64,000 nt of DNA. Origin: the human T2T-CHM13v2.0 reference genome, Homo sapiens. This document shows, piece by piece, positions 23,451 to 51,888 of this stretch. A program made the translations under genes and the position numbers. Where the stretch lies: NCBI RefSeq assembly GCF_009914755.1, contig NC_060925.1. One strand, given 5' to 3'. The notes below the pieces were generated by a model, which searched no databases, was not told where the DNA came from, and was given only the letters and a program-made list of their open reading frames with translations. Position 1 is the stretch's first letter, and every line of letters begins with the position of its first letter.

Positions 23451-25237
23451 CTAGGCATGGTGACAGGGGCATGTAATCTCAGCTACTCAGGAGGGTGAGG
23501 CAAGAGAATCGCCTGAAACTGAGAGGCAGAGGTTCCAGTGAGCTGAGAACACACCACTGCACTCCAGCCTGGGCGACAGAGCGAGACTCCATCTCAAGAA
23601 AAAAAAAAAAAGATGGCCCGGCACAGTAGCTCACTCCTGTAATCCCAGCACTTTGGGAGGCCGAGGCAGGCGGATCACAAGGTCAGGAGTTCGAGACCAG
23701 CCTGACCAACATGGTGAAACCCCGTCTGTACTAAAAATACAAAAAAATTAGCTGGGTGTAGTGGCTGGCGCCTATAGTCCCAGCTACTCGGGAGGCTGAG
23801 GCAGGAGGCTGAGGCAGGAGAATGGCATGAACCCGGGAGGCAGAGCTTGCAGTGAGTCGAGATTGTGCCACTGCACTCCAGCCTGGGCGACAGAGCGAGA
23901 CTCTGTCTCAAGAAAAAAAAAAAGAAAATAAAAAAAAGATTTTGATAAATTGATACCAACAGGAGGCATTGTAGTAAGGTGGAAAGAACATTGGATTGGG
24001 AGTTAGGAGAGTCAGGTTCTGATGCTGGTTCTGCCACCACTCATTTGTTGTTGGTTGGTTAATTTTAATTTATGTTTTGAGACAGCGTCTCACTCCCGTC
24101 GCCCAGGCTGGAGTGCGGTAGCGTGTTCACAGCTCACTGCAGATTCAACTTGGGTTCAGGTGATTCTTCCACTTCAGCCTCCCAAGTAGCTGGGACTACA
24201 GGAGTGCACCACCACGCCCAGCTAATTTTTTGTATTTTAGTAGAGACAAGGTTTCACCATGTTGCCCAGGCTGATCTCGAACTCCTGAGCTCAGGTGATC
24301 TCCCTGCCTTGGCCTCCCAAAATGCTGGGATTACAAGTGTGAGACACTGCACCTGGCCCTAATTTTGATTTTATTTATATAAAATAGAAATGGGGTCTTC
24401 TTGTGTTGCCCAGGCTGGTCTCAAACTCCTGGGCTCAAGCGATCCCACATTGGCCTCCCAAAGTGCTGGAATTACAGGTGTGAGCCACCACACCCATCCT
24501 GTTAGTCGTGTTTTTGAGACAGGGTCTTGTTCTGTCACCCGGGCTGGAGTGCAGTGGCGTGATCATAGCTTACTGCACCCTCAAACTCCTAGGCACAAGT
24601 CATCCTCCTGCCTCAGCCTCCCAAGTAGCTAGGACTACAAGTGCATGCCACCATGTGCGGCTTTTTAAATTGTTTATAGAGACAAGGTTTTGCTATGTTT
24701 CCTTTGCTGATCTTGAACTCCTAGCCTCAAACGATCCTCTTGCCTGGGCCCCCCAAACTGCTGGGATTACAGAAATGAGCCGCCACGTCCAGCAAACCAC
24801 CACTAGTTTTGTGACTTTGAGCAAGTCACTTTCTCTTAGTCTTCATTTCCTTATCTGAAACAATTAAAGAATTGCTCTAAGGTCACTTCCTAATCCTGTG
24901 AATTTATGAATAGATAAGTTACCATTTTCAGGGTCACCTTAAGTGAACAGATACCTCCCTGTAAGTGAAGAAGCTAGTGAGTCAGAATTAGAATCAAGTC
25001 CTATTGTAAGTTCTTAGCATATTATAATGCATGTATTTCTCACAACAATCCTATGAGATGAGTTACTATTAGTTTCCCCATTACACAGTTAAAAATTTAA
25101 CTTTGGGAGGCTGAGGCGGTGGATTACCTGAGGTGAGGAGTTCAAGACCAGCCTGACCAACATGGTGAAACCCCCTCTCTACTAAAAATACAAAAAATTA
25201 GCTGGGTGTGGTAAGGGGGTGCCTGTAATCCCAGCTA

Positions 25238-25381
<144 letters not shown>

Positions 25382-25729
25382 TTAAGGCAAAGAAAAGTTA
25401 AGGACATTGCCTGAACTTACATAGCTAGTAAATGGTGGAGCTGGGATTTTATCCTGGCAAGGCTGGCTTCAATACCTATGCTTTTATCCAGAGTTACTGC
25501 TTTTAGCTCAGAGAAAGATTTGACATATGGTATTGTCATAGTTCAAAACCATGACTAGTCTTGTGTTGGGAGACTCTAAGATAAATGGTAAGAATGTAGT
25601 CTTTTAAAATGGTTAATGTTTATTTCAGGGTTTTTTCTACTGAAGTTATATCAACACTACTTCTTTAAGGTTAATGAGACGTTTAACTGAATATACTAAT
25701 TTTTCGTATCTTTGTGAAAAGTTAGTCAT

Positions 25730-26210
25730 TGGTTAAAAAAATTATGTCAGAAACTAGTCTAGGCACTAGGAATACAGTAAGCAAAACAGCAAAAAAAAAA
25801 ATCTCAGAGTCAGTGAGCTTATGCTATAGTGGGAGGAAGAGCAGAAAAATAACAAGTAAAAATACAGGTGATAATAAGTGCTGTGAGGAGAATAAACAGA
25901 AGGATAGAAAGTGCTAGGGGCAGGAGCTAGGTGGATGCTACTTTAAATAGTCAGAGAAGATCTCAGCAAAAGAAGACAGACCAGAGACTTAAAGAAAGTG
26001 AGCTATATGGTTATGAGGGAAGAATGTTCCATGCAGAGGAAACAGCAAGTGCAAAGGTCCCTGAGCTGACTGGAGGGAGCTAGGGGAATATTAAGAGATG
26101 AAGTCACTGGAGTAGGCCTTGTAAACCATGATAAGGATTCATCTTTTTGTCTCAGTAAGATAGCCATTGCAGGGTTTTGAGCAGAGGAATAATGTGATCA
26201 GATTTAGTAA
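25730..26210 (-). mobile_element. L2 LINE relic in NDUFS5 intron 2
   Basis: ctaggcactaggaatacagtaagcaaaacag...gataataagtgctgtgaggagaataaac...agaatgttccatgcagaggaaacagcaagtgcaaaggtccctgag...ccattgcagggttttgagcagagg is typical L2a. Confidence 0.75.
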
Positions 26211-26573
26211 ATTTTCTGTGTCACAGAATCCAGGGACCAGTTCATTGTTGTGGCTTTGACACACTTGTGTAACATAGTTTTGATTTGTTGAGAAGCAACC
26301 AATGCCCTGAGTAGAAGAGACAGAATTCAAGACTCAGCGGTGACTAGTGGCTGAGTAAGAATCAGGCCTTTACTTCCATATGGGGAAAAGAGAACTCATA
26401 TTGGCTATTTCTGCTTCATTCATACCCATTGCATAGTCACCAGCAGCAGTGCCACTTCCACATAGAATATGTAAGTGCTTGCCGGGTGCGGTGGCTCACG
26501 CCTGTAATCCCAGCACTTTGGGAGGCCGAGGCTGGCGGATCACGAGGTCAGGAGATCGAGACCATCCTGGCTA

Positions 26574-26817
<244 letters not shown>

Positions 26818-26971
26818 TAGCTGGGACCACAGGCGCGCGCCACCACGCCTGGCTAATTTTTGTATTTTTAGTAGAGACAGAGTTTCACCATATTGGCCAG
26901 GCTGGTCTTGAACTCCTGACCTTGTGATTCGCCCGCCTCGGCCTCCCAAAGTGCTGGGATTACAGGCGTGA

Positions 26972-27268
<297 letters not shown>

Positions 27269-27576
27269 TGATATTTTAAAAGATTTTAGTATCCACAAAT
27301 ATGCCTCTTAAAGGTTTTTGCAAATATCCATATTGCTATATATATTAAGAACATTTTAGTTGTTAGTTTTCAGAGAGGTTATGTATACTAAAAATTTGTT
27401 TGAAAGCTTGGGAAGTGATTTCATGTTAATTCTTTAAAGGCGGACTTCATTTCAGAGGCCCCGTAAGATGAAAGGCCTTTTGTAGTTTAAAAATGAAACC
27501 AAAATTGATCTGTTTTTCCAGTTCTCACTTTTTGGCACATATCTCCTCCCTCAGTTTAATTACCATTTTCCTTTGA

Positions 27577-27684
<108 letters not shown>

Positions 27685-27700
27685 ACAGAGCAGCTGCTGA

Positions 27701-28059
<359 letters not shown>

Positions 28060-28377
28060 TGAACTCCTGACCTCATGTGGTCTACCCACATCGGCTTCCC
28101 AAAGTGCTGGGATTACAGGCACGAGCCACTGTGCCCAGCCATATCATGCCTTTCTATACTGAGATTATAACCTATTTTTTAAATTTGATTTTAAAAACAG
28201 TTGAAACTTTTAGACAGTTCCTAAAAAATTAGCAGCTATGGAATAATAACTAACATTTAATTAACAATGTGTACAAGATACTTTAAATATGTTAACTCAT
28301 TTAAGAAATGATAGTGTTTTCATTCTGGTTTTTCTTATATATTTTTCTCTCTCTTTTTTTTTTTTTTTTCAAGATAG

Positions 28378-28584
<207 letters not shown>

Positions 28585-28941
28585 TGATCTGCCCGCCTCT
28601 GCCTCTCAAAGTGCTGGGATTACAGGCTTAAGCCACCACGCCCAGCCTTTTTTTTTTTTTTTTGAGACTGTGTCTTACTCTTTCACCCAGCCTGAGTGCA
28701 GTGATGCCATCACTGCTCACTGGAGCCTCAGCCTCCTGGGCTCAGGCTGTCCTTCCTCCTGAGCCTCGCGAGTAGCTGGGACTACAGGTGTGCACCACCA
28801 CTTCTGCCTGTAACTTATTTTTCATAAAACATAGACTTGAGCTGGGAGAGGGAGGCAGTGGAGATAGGAATTGTGTGTTGACTGTAAGGTCTGTGAAGTC
28901 TAAGGCTAAGAAAATGCCAAGTTCAGATAATTTAATTTTGA

Positions 28942-29255
<314 letters not shown>

Positions 29256-29264
29256 TAGCACTAG

Positions 29265-29609
<345 letters not shown>

Positions 29610-30095
29610 TAATATTAATTTTTTGAGACAGGGTGTCACTGAGACCTAAGTGCAGTGGCATGATGATGGCTCACTGCAGCCTCGACTTCCCGGGCTGCAA
29701 TGATCCTGCCAGCTCAGCCTCCCAAGTTTCTGGGACCACAGGTATATACCGCCATGCGTGGCTAATTTTTGTATTTTTTGTAGAGACGGGGTATTGCCAT
29801 GTTGTCCAGGCTGGTCTCAAACTGCTGTGCTCAAGCAATCCACCCACCTCGGCCTCCCAAAGTGCTGGGATTACAGGTCTGAGCCATAGTTAACATGTTT
29901 AGAAGCTTCTGGTTTTTGTTTTTGAGATGGAGTCTCACCCAGGCTGGAGTGCAGTTAACACCATCTTGGCTCACTGCAACCTCCACCTCCAAGGTAAAAG
30001 AGATTCTCTTGCCTCACTTCCTGAGTAGCTGGGATTACAGGCATGCACCACCGTGCTCAACTAGGTTTTGTATTTTTAGTAGAGACAGGGTTTCA

Positions 30096-30401
<306 letters not shown>

Positions 30402-30680
30402 TCAGGAGGCTGAGACAGTAGAATCACTTGAACCTGGGAGGCAGAGGTTGCAGCAACCCGAGATGGTGCCGCTGCGCTCCAGCCTGGACAACAAGAGTGA
30501 AACTCCATCTCAAGAAGAAAAAAAAAAGACCCAGATATAGAAAGTATGAAACTGCCTGGGCATGGTGGTTCATGCCTGTAATCTCAGCACTTTGGGAGGC
30601 TGAAGCAGGTGGATCACTTAAGCTCAGGAGTTTAAGACCCGCCTGGGGAATGTGGCGAAACCCCGTCTCTACAAAAATTA

Positions 30681-30836
<156 letters not shown>

Positions 30837-30849
30837 TTATATGGGGTTA

Positions 30850-34900
<4,051 letters not shown>

Positions 34901-35224
34901 GCAATAATAATTATTATTGTCGTTATTTTTTCAGATGGAGTCTTGCTCTGTCGCCCAGGCTGGAGTACAGTGGCACAATCTTGGCTCACTGCAACCTCCA
35001 CCTCCTGGTTCAAGCGATTCTCCTGCCTCAGCCTTCCAAGTACCTGGGATTACAGGCACACGCCACCATGCCCAGCTAATTTTTGTATTTTTAGTAGAGT
35101 CGAGATGTCACCCTGTTGGCCAGGCTGGTCTTGAACTCCTGACCTCAAATGATCTGCCCGCCTTGGGCTTCCAAAGTGCTGGTATTACAGGCATGAGTCA
35201 CTGCACCCAGCCCAAAAGTTTCTT

Positions 35225-35815
35225 ATTTAATTGACAAAATCTTATATATTTATCATGTACAACACACTGTTTTGAAATATGTATATATTGTAGAATGGCT
35301 AAGTCAAGCTAATTAATATATGCATTATCCCATATACTTTCATTTTTGTGGTGAGAACACAAAATCTTAGTAATTTTTAGGAATACAATACACTGGCCAG
35401 GTGCGGTGGCTCATGCCTGTAATCCCATCACTTTGGGAGGCCGGGGAGGGGTGGATCACTTGAGGTCAGGAGTTTGAGACCAGCCTGGCCAATATGGTGA
35501 AACCCCGTCTCTACTAAAAATATAAAAATTAGCCGGGCGTGGTGGCACACACCTGTAATCCCAACTACTCAGGAGGCTGAGGCAAGAGAATTACTTGAAC
35601 CTGGGAGGCGGAGGTTGCAGTGAGCTGAGGTTGCACCACTGCACTCCAGCCTGGGTGACAGAGCGAGACTCCATCTCAAAAAAAAAAAAAGAATGTAATA
35701 CATTGTTATTAACTAGCATCACCATGTTGTACAACAGTTCTCTTGAACATATTCCTCCAGTCTAATTGAAATTTTATATCTTTAGACCAACATCTCTCCA
35801 TCTACCCTCCCCAGG
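35225..35815 (-). mobile_element. L1MA-type 3' end, split by an Alu
   Basis: tatatttatcatgtacaac...gaatggctaagtcaagctaattaatatatgcatta...gtggtgagaacac...cattgttattaactagcatcaccatgttgtacaacagttctcttgaac. Confidence 0.75.
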
Positions 35816-36327
35816 AGATAGAAATTCCTTATCCACAAGGATGGAGACAATGTTGGTCAACCCACTTTCATTTACTTAACATTACTTTTATTCTAGGTGT
35901 GGCATCTGGCATGAAACCAAGGACAAGACACTCAGTTGAGCTTTGTGAAAGAGTGACAGATGATGGATAGAGTCATGGGCCTGCCTCTTATGGAGCTAAG
36001 AAATGAAATCTGGATACGGGTAATCAGTTTGTGGTAGAAAGTAGTCACTCATTTCCGTGAGGGAAGCACAAGTCCTGTGTAGGCCCAGAGAAGGGAAAAA
36101 GCCTTTTTGGGCATAAGAGTGAATGTTGAGGGTTGGAGAGAGGAATGGTCTGGAGGCTTTGTAGCATTCATGTTGTGCCCTAAAGGACAGATAACATTTG
36201 GACATGAGAAGCTGTAGTGAGCCATGACTGCACCACTGCACTCCAGGCTGGGCGACAGGTTGAGACCCTGTCTCAAAAAAAAAAAAAAAAAAAAAAAAGA
36301 AGAAGAAGAAAGAAGATTTGGACATGA

Positions 36328-36750
<423 letters not shown>

Positions 36751-36869
36751 TAAAACGGAAGTGGAGAAGGAATTAGCAGATCCCTGACATCCTCTTCAAT
36801 CAGAGTTCCTCCATTGTGAACTGGTTTACATGTCAGCATTATGGATTTTGGTGCAACACCTGCCCCCAA

Positions 36870-37995
<1,126 letters not shown>

Positions 37996-38652
37996 GTAGT
38001 TGAGGCCCAAACACCAAGAGGGAGCAAAGATTGAAAAGATGAGATGAGCCATGAAAGCAAGTACAGGAGTTACTGATGGTACTGGGGAGCCCGTGTAGGT
38101 TTAGGATCTGAGCTTTTGGAAGATTGATTGGGTAGCCTTTGAGCCACCTGATAAGTGGAAAGAACAAGAGAGGCTGGATCTGTGTTTTCAGGAAGCATAT
38201 GTTGGCCCAGCAATTGCTGGCTTGTAGTGAGGAGGCACACAACTGGCCTAGGACAGTGGTCATGAAAATGCAGAGGAGGTAAAGTCCCTGCACTCCTAGG
38301 GAGACTAGTCCTGATGTCAGTCTGGAGTCAGTCAGAATGGTGTCCTCTCCCTCCCTGCACTACCCAGCCCAGTCAGTGGGAGGACTTCCTCAATTCCAGT
38401 AGCCATTCAAGTCCCTGGAATTGGTGGCTGTCACTTGCAAACTATAGCCACTTGAGCAGAAATGGGCCAGGATTACTTATCTTTAATCTGCATATCATTG
38501 GGAGGCACTTACCTGCTAGCTCTGGCTAAAAACTAGAGCAACCCTGGCCTGCCGTAGCTCCTGCTGCCCAGACAACTCCTCCAATATGAAAGGGATGAGG
38601 GGAACTCAAAGTTACAATGTCCTACTTGGAGCAGTAAGTTCAGTAGACATAT

Positions 38653-38994
38653 CACTTGCCTCATTAACATCAAGCATCCCAAAACCCAGTCTGGGTCAGT
38701 TTTGCCCAGAGTGGGGTTTGTAGAACACGGGTTCTCCTGGGATCCTATACCTAGCCCAGAATCAGTTGCAAAAGCCAGGCCATAGCGAATTGTCCTGCCA
38801 GCCAGATAGCAGAGAATCTGACGGCAGCAGGCAGAAGGAGCCGCTCCATTGCAGTAAGCCAAGATCGCGCCACTTGCCTCATTACATCAAGCATCCCAAA
38901 ACCCAGTCTGGGTCAGTTTTGCCCAGAGTGAGGTTTGTAGAACACGGGTTCTCCTGGGATCTATACCTAGCCCAGAATCAGTTCCAAAAGTCCA
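38653..38994 (+). repeat. ~125-bp direct repeat pair (38653-38777 and 38871-38994)
   Basis: cacttgcctcatta(a)catcaagcatcccaaaacccagtctgggtcagttttgcccagagtg(g/a)ggtttgtagaacacgggttctcctgggatc(c)tatacctagcccagaatcagtt occurs twice. Confidence 0.97.
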
Positions 38995-39000
38995 AAAGAC

Positions 39001-39025
39001 TTTCTCTCTCTCTCTCTCTCTATAC

Positions 39026-39076
<51 letters not shown>

Positions 39077-39111
39077 CACACACATACATACAATGTTGTA
39101 TATATTGTATA

Positions 39112-39144
<33 letters not shown>
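39001..39144 (+). repeat. Compound (TC)n(TA)n(TG)n...(TG)n(TA)n microsatellite abutting an Alu T-tail
   Basis: Seen directly; includes ~16 consecutive TG units. Confidence 0.95.
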
Positions 39145-39161
<17 letters not shown>

Positions 39162-39167
39162 TTTTGA

Positions 39168-39272
<105 letters not shown>

Positions 39273-39718
39273 TGAGTAGCTGGGAGTACAGGCGTGCACC
39301 ACCGCGCCCGGCTAATTTTTGCATTTTTAGTAGAGATGGGGTTTCACCATGTTAGCCAGGATGGTCTCGATCTCCTGACCTCATGATCTGCCCACCTCGG
39401 CCTCCCAAAGTACTGGGATTACAGGCATGAGCCACCATACCCGGCCTTCATTTTTATATTTTTAGTAGAGACAGGATTTCACCATGTTGGCCAGGCTGGT
39501 CTCGAACTTCTGACCTCAGGTGATCTGCCCACTTCAGCAGCCTCCCAAGTGCTGGAATTACAGGCGTAAGCCACCGCCTGGCCAATTTTTTGTATTTTTA
39601 GTAGAGACAGGGTTTCACCATGTTGGCCAGGCGGGTCTTGAACTCCTGATCTCAGATGATTAATCCACCTCAGCCTCCCAAAATGCTGAAATTACAGTGA
39701 GCCACCATGCCCAGCCTC

Positions 39719-43091
<3,373 letters not shown>

Positions 43092-43145
43092 AAGGACAAG
43101 AAAATAAACAGCCTAGAAAGACAGCCTTGATTTTTTTATTTTTAG

Positions 43146-43337
<192 letters not shown>

Positions 43338-43790
43338 TGAGCCACTGCATCCAGCCGACAGACAGCCTTTAGACTATAGCCCCTCTACTCCAGCCCCACC
43401 CTCACCCCCATCAGCAAAGGCCAAGTGGAAAGCCTAGATCTCCAAACCTTGTTAGGCTGTAATGAAGTACTCCTTCCCTTCCCCACCAGGGTGATGTAGA
43501 AGAGGCCTAGTTATCCACTCAGGCCTTTCATCCATAATCAAGGCCACCTCTCCCAACAATGTCGGTGGAGGCCCACTCCCTCTCCCAGCCGGTGTGGTAT
43601 CAGTGAATGCCTAATAGAGAAACTGGACTCCCACCCCTGCCCAGCAGTAAGAAGGAGCCCTGCCAACACCGGTGTCAATGGAGGCCAAGTGGAAAACCTG
43701 GACTTCCACACCCTCCTGGTAAAAATAAGGTAGCATCCGCACTTTCCCCACAGAAGCAATGTTAGAGGAGGCCTGCTGAAACACAAGCTA

Positions 43791-43979
<189 letters not shown>

Positions 43980-43982
43980 CTA

Positions 43983-44099
<117 letters not shown>

Positions 44100-44696
44100 T
44101 TAAATAAGATCCAGAGTCTTATAACATGATGTGCAAAATGTCCAGGTCTTAAAGTCATTTGAACCGGAACCAGAAAATTTTGAATAAGAAAGGATAATCT
44201 ATATACACTAACACCAAAATGACACAGATATTAGAATTATCTGAAAAAGATTTTGAAGTAGCCATCATAAAAATGCTTCAATGTATATAACGTGTTCAAA
44301 TACAAACATACTTGGAACAAATGAAAAAATGGAAAGTCTGGAAAATATAATGTCTCAACAGATCGATACATAAAGAAGAACCAAATGGAAATTTTAGGAA
44401 TAAAAAATACAATGATTGAAATTTAAAACTCAATGAATAAGCTCAGCAACAGAATGGAGAGGACAGAGGAAAGAATGAGTTTGAAGACAGAAAACTACAA
44501 ATTATCCAATCTGAACACTAGGGAAAAAAAATAGAATGGAAAAAAAAAAAAAACAGAGCCTCAGGGCCATGTGAGACAATAACATAAGATCTAACATTCA
44601 TGTCATTGGAGTCACAGAAGGAGAAGAAATATTAAAAGAACAAATAGCCGAAATTTGCCCAAATTTTGCAAAAGACAAACTGACAGATTCACATAG

Positions 44697-45000
<304 letters not shown>

Positions 45001-45136
45001 TGATCTGTCCGCCTCAGACTCCCAAAGTGTTGGGATTACAGGTGTGAGCCACCCGCACCCAGCCACAAATTCTTGAAAGCAGCCAGAGAGAAATGATACA
45101 TTACCTATAGGGGGAAAACAATTCAAATGATGCTGA

Positions 45137-45400
<264 letters not shown>

Positions 45401-46043
45401 TGACCTCGTTATCTGCCCACCTCGGCCTCCCAAAGTGCTGGGATTACAGGCCTGAGCCACTGCGCCCAGCTGGAACATTTTTGAAATGCTGAAAGAAAAG
45501 AACTATCAACTTGGAATCCCATACCTGGTGAAACAATCCTTCAGGAATTGGGGGGAAGGGCTGTGGGGGAGGAAATCATGACATTCTTACATGAGGGAAA
45601 AACTAAGGGAATTTGTCACTGGCAGATTTACTTTATAGGGATTACTAAAGGCAATTCTCTAAACAAAGGGAGTGGTAACAAAAGGAATCTTGGAACATCA
45701 GGCAGGAAAAAAGGACAAAAAGAGCAAACATACAGATCAATACAATAGATTGTCTTTTTCCTCTTGAGTATTCTAAATTATGTTCAACAGTTGAAGCAAA
45801 AATTACGCTTGTCTAAGTGGCTGTCCATATATGTAGAGGAAATACTTAAGATAGTTACATTATAATGGGAGAGTAAAAGGACACAGAAAAAGGTTTCTTT
45901 CTTTATTTGTAATCTGGTAGAACTTTCCAGAGGTATAGAGGTAATGTTTCTACCTTTCACTCAAACTGGTAAAATGTCAACACCAGTAGACTGTGATAAG
46001 TTACTGCACTCCAGCCTGGGCGACAGAGCGAGACCTTGCCTCA

Positions 46044-46295
<252 letters not shown>

Positions 46296-46415
46296 TCACG
46301 GCTGTAAACCCAGCACTATGGGAGGCCGAGGTGGGTGGATCATAAGGTCAAGAGATTGAGACCATCCTGGCCAACATGGTGAAACCCCGCCTCTACTAAA
46401 AAAATACAAAAATTA

Positions 46416-46559
<144 letters not shown>

Positions 46560-47684
46560 TCAAAAAAAAAACAAAAACCCCAAAAAACAAAACAAGAAAA
46601 ACTATTAGACAGAAAGTCAACAGGGCTGAGTGTGTGGCTCACACCTGTAATAGGATATAGAATTTAACACTACCATTAGCCAACAGGATGTAATCAGCAC
46701 TTATAGTACATCAACAACAAAAAAAACACATTCTTTTTAGGCACCCATGAAACATGTATCAAGATCAACCATATCTTGGGTTATAAAACAAACCTCAACA
46801 AATTTAAAAGAATTGAAATCATACAGAGTGTATGACCAAAATGGACTCAAACTTAGAATTAATAACACAAAGACAATCTCCAGGAAGATCTTCAAACACT
46901 TGAAAACTAAATAACACATTTCTAAGTAATCTATGAACCAAAGAGCAATCCTCAAGAGAAATACAAAATTCATTAACCTGAATGAAAATGAAAATACAAT
47001 GTATCAAAATTTGTAAGATACAGCTAAATCACAACTAGGAAGGAAATTAATAGCACTAAATGCTTACATTAGAAAAGAGGAAAAAAACCTCAAATCAATA
47101 ATACAAGCTTCCACCTCAGGAAATTAGAAAAGAACAAAATAAACCCTTAACAAACAGAAAGAAGGAAAAGAAGAGAAATCTATATAATTGAAAACAGAAA
47201 AACAGTAGAGAATACCAACAAAACAGAAAACTGGTTCTTTGAAAAAATCAATAAAATTGACAAATCTTTTATTTTCTTTTAATTGAGACAGCCTCTCGCT
47301 CTGTTACCCAGGCTAGAGTGCGATCACAGCTCACTGCAGCCTCAACCTGCCGGGCTCAAGCAGTTCTCCTGCCTCAGCCTCCTAAGTAGCTGTGACTACA
47401 GGTGCATGCCAATATGCCTGTCTAATTTTTGTATTTTTTTTAGAGACGGGGTTTCACCATGTTGCTCAGACTGGTCTCGAACTTCTGGGCTCAAGCTGTC
47501 CACCCACCTCAACCTCCCAAAGTGCTCAGATTACAGACGTGAGCCATTGCATGAGGCCAAATTGACAAATCTTTAGCAAGGCTGACCTAAAAAGAGAGAG
47601 AGAGGCTGGGTGCGATGGCTCATGCCTGTAATCCTAGCACTTTGGGAGGCCGAGGCAGATGGATCACTTGAGCTCAGGAGTTCA

Positions 47685-47882
<198 letters not shown>

Positions 47883-49349
47883 TCATCTCAAAAAAAAAAA
47901 AAGTTATTTTTATAGAGACAGGGTCTTGCTATGTTGCCCATGCTATCCTTGAACTCCTGGGCCCAAGTGATCCTCCAGCCTCAGCTCTCCCAAAGTGCTG
48001 GGATTACAGGCATGAACCACTGTGCCCACCCCATACATACTTCATATCAGGAATAAAACAGAAGCTATCACTACAGACTCTGCAGATAACGATAGGATAA
48101 TAAGGGAATTTTATTGTATTGTTTATTTATGTATTTATTTTTTGAGACAGAGTCTCGCTCTGTCACCAGGCTGGAGTATGGTGGCGTGATCTCGGCTCAC
48201 TACAATCTCTGACTCCCTGGTTCAAGTGATTCTCCTGCCTCAGCCTCCCAAGTAGCTGGGATTACAGCCACGCGCCACCACACCCAGCTAACTTTTGTAT
48301 TTTTAGTAGAGACGGGTTTCACCATGTTGGCCAGGATGGTCTTGAACTCCTGACTTCGTGATCTGGCTGCTTGGACTCCCAAAGTACTGAGATTACAGGC
48401 ATGAGCCACCGTGCCTGGCCCTGGAAATTTTATAAACACACATTTGTTTTATATGTTACTAACACACATTTGACAACTTAGATGAAATGGACTAATTCCT
48501 TAAAAAATAAAAACTACTACAACATACCCGATATGAAGTAGATAATTTCAGTAGCTTTATAACTATTAAGGACATTGAATTTGTAATTTAAAACTTCACC
48601 CCCAAGAAATCTTTACTCCAGATGATTTCAGTGGAGAATTCTATCAAACGTCTAAAGAATTAACACCGATTCTACAAATCTGATCCAGAAAATAGAAGAG
48701 ATGAAGCATTTCCTAAGTCATTTTATGAGGCCCATCTTACCCATATCAAAACCAGACAAGGAAAATACAAAAAAGATGACTACAGACCAATGACCTTTAA
48801 TAAGAACACAGACACAAAAATCCTTAACAAAACATTAACAAATAGGCCAGGCACGGTGCCTCATGCCTGTAATCCCAGCACTTTGGGAGGCTGAAGTGGG
48901 TGGATCACCTCAGGTCAGGAGTTGGAGACCAGCCTGACCAACATGGTGAAACCCTGTCTCTACTAAAAATTAAAAAAAATGAGCTGGGCGTGGTGGTGCG
49001 TGCCTGTAATCCCAGCTACTCCGGAGGCTGAGGCAGGAGAATCACTTAGAACTCGGGAGGTGGAGGTTGCAGAGAGCCAAGATCGTGCCACTGCACTCCA
49101 GCCTGACTCTGTCTCCATAAATAAATAAATAAATAAATAAATAACAAATAGAGGCCGGGCACGGTGGCTCACGCCTGTAATCCCAGCACTTTGGGAGGCC
49201 AAGGCAGGCGGATCACCTGAGGTTGGGAGTTCGAGACCAGCCTGACCAATATGGAGAAACCCCATCCCTACTAAAAATACAAAATTGGCCAGGCACAGTG
49301 GCTCATGCCTGTAATCCCAGCACTTTGGGAGGCCTAGGTGGGCGGATCA

Positions 49350-49857
<508 letters not shown>

Positions 49858-50787
49858 TCAATCAATGAAAAAAAATCAATCAATGTATTCCACCCTGTTA
49901 ACAGGCTAAAGAAAAATCAATTGACAGAGAGAAAGCACTTGACAAAATTCCGTACCCATTCATAATAAAAACTCTCAGGAAACTAGAAATAAAAGGGAAT
50001 TTTCTCAATTTGATAAAATATCTACAAAAAACCTACAACTAGCATCATACTTCACAGTGAGAGACTGAATGCTTTCCCCCTGACTGAACACAAGGCAAGC
50101 ATGTCCACTCTCACCAATCTTATTCAACACAGTGCTGGAAATTGTAGTCTGTGTAATAAGAATAGGAAAAGAATTTTAAAAGCATACATATTGGAAAGAA
50201 AGATATCAGGCGGTCCTTATAATGGCATGATGGCCTTTATAGAAAATTTCATGAAATCTAAAAAAAAAAAAAAGCTAGAACCAGTAAGTGAATTCAGCAA
50301 GGTCACAATACAAAATCAACATACAAATATCAACATATATATATTAGCAATGAAAACACGGACATCAACATTTAAAACATAATATCATTTATAATCACAG
50401 AAAAAGGAAATATTTAGGTATGAATCCAGTAAAACATGTACAAGACTCATATGATGAAAACTAGAAAATGGTGTTGAAAGAAATCAAAGAAGATCTAAAT
50501 AAACAGACAGATATACTGTTTTCATGACTTCAAAGACTCATCACAGTAAGGATGTCAATTCTCCCTAAATTAATATACAAGTTTAGTGCAATTCCTATCC
50601 AAATCCCAGCATGATTTTTGTAAATAAAGATTATTATAAAATGTATGAGGAAAGGCAAATAAACTAGAATAGCTGAAACAATTTTTTTTTTTTTTTTTTT
50701 GAGCCAGAGTCTCACTCTGTCACCCAGACTGGACCACAGTGGCGTGATCACAGCTCATTGCAGCCTTGACATCCTGGGCTCAGGTAA

Positions 50788-51088
<301 letters not shown>

Positions 51089-51621
51089 TGATCCGCCCAT
51101 CTCGGCCTCCCAAAGTGCTGGGATTACAGGCGTGAGCCACCGAGCCCGGCCCAGGCCCAGCTAATTTTTAAAAATTATTTTTTATACAGACAAGGCCTTC
51201 CTGTGTTGCCCAGGGTGCTTGAATTCCTGGACTCAAGCAATCCTCCCACCTCAGCCTCCCAAAGTGCTAGGATTACAGGCATGAGCCACTGTGCCCAGCA
51301 TAAAATAATTTTCATTAAAAAAACTTTTTTTGAGACAAGGTCTTGCTCTGTCACCCAGGCTGGAGTGCAGTGGCACAATCTTGGCCCACTGCAGCCTCCC
51401 GAGTAGCTTCAACTGTAGACATGTGCCACCACACCCAGCTAATTTTTCAATTTTTTGTAGAGACGGGGTTTTGCCATGTTGCCCAGGCTGGTCTTGAACT
51501 CCTGAGCTCAAGCAATTGTCCCAACTTGGCCTCCCAAAGTACTGGGACTACAGGCGTGCACTACCACACGTGGCCTAAAATATATTTTTAAAAAGAAGAT
51601 TAAGCCGGGCGCAGTGGCTCA

Positions 51622-51888
<267 letters not shown>

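Noticed and set aside
38653-38994. Repeat-spacer-repeat as a CRISPR-like array or LTR pair
   Set aside because: Eukaryotic DNA, only two 125-bp copies, no TG...CA termini, primer-binding site or polypurine tract.
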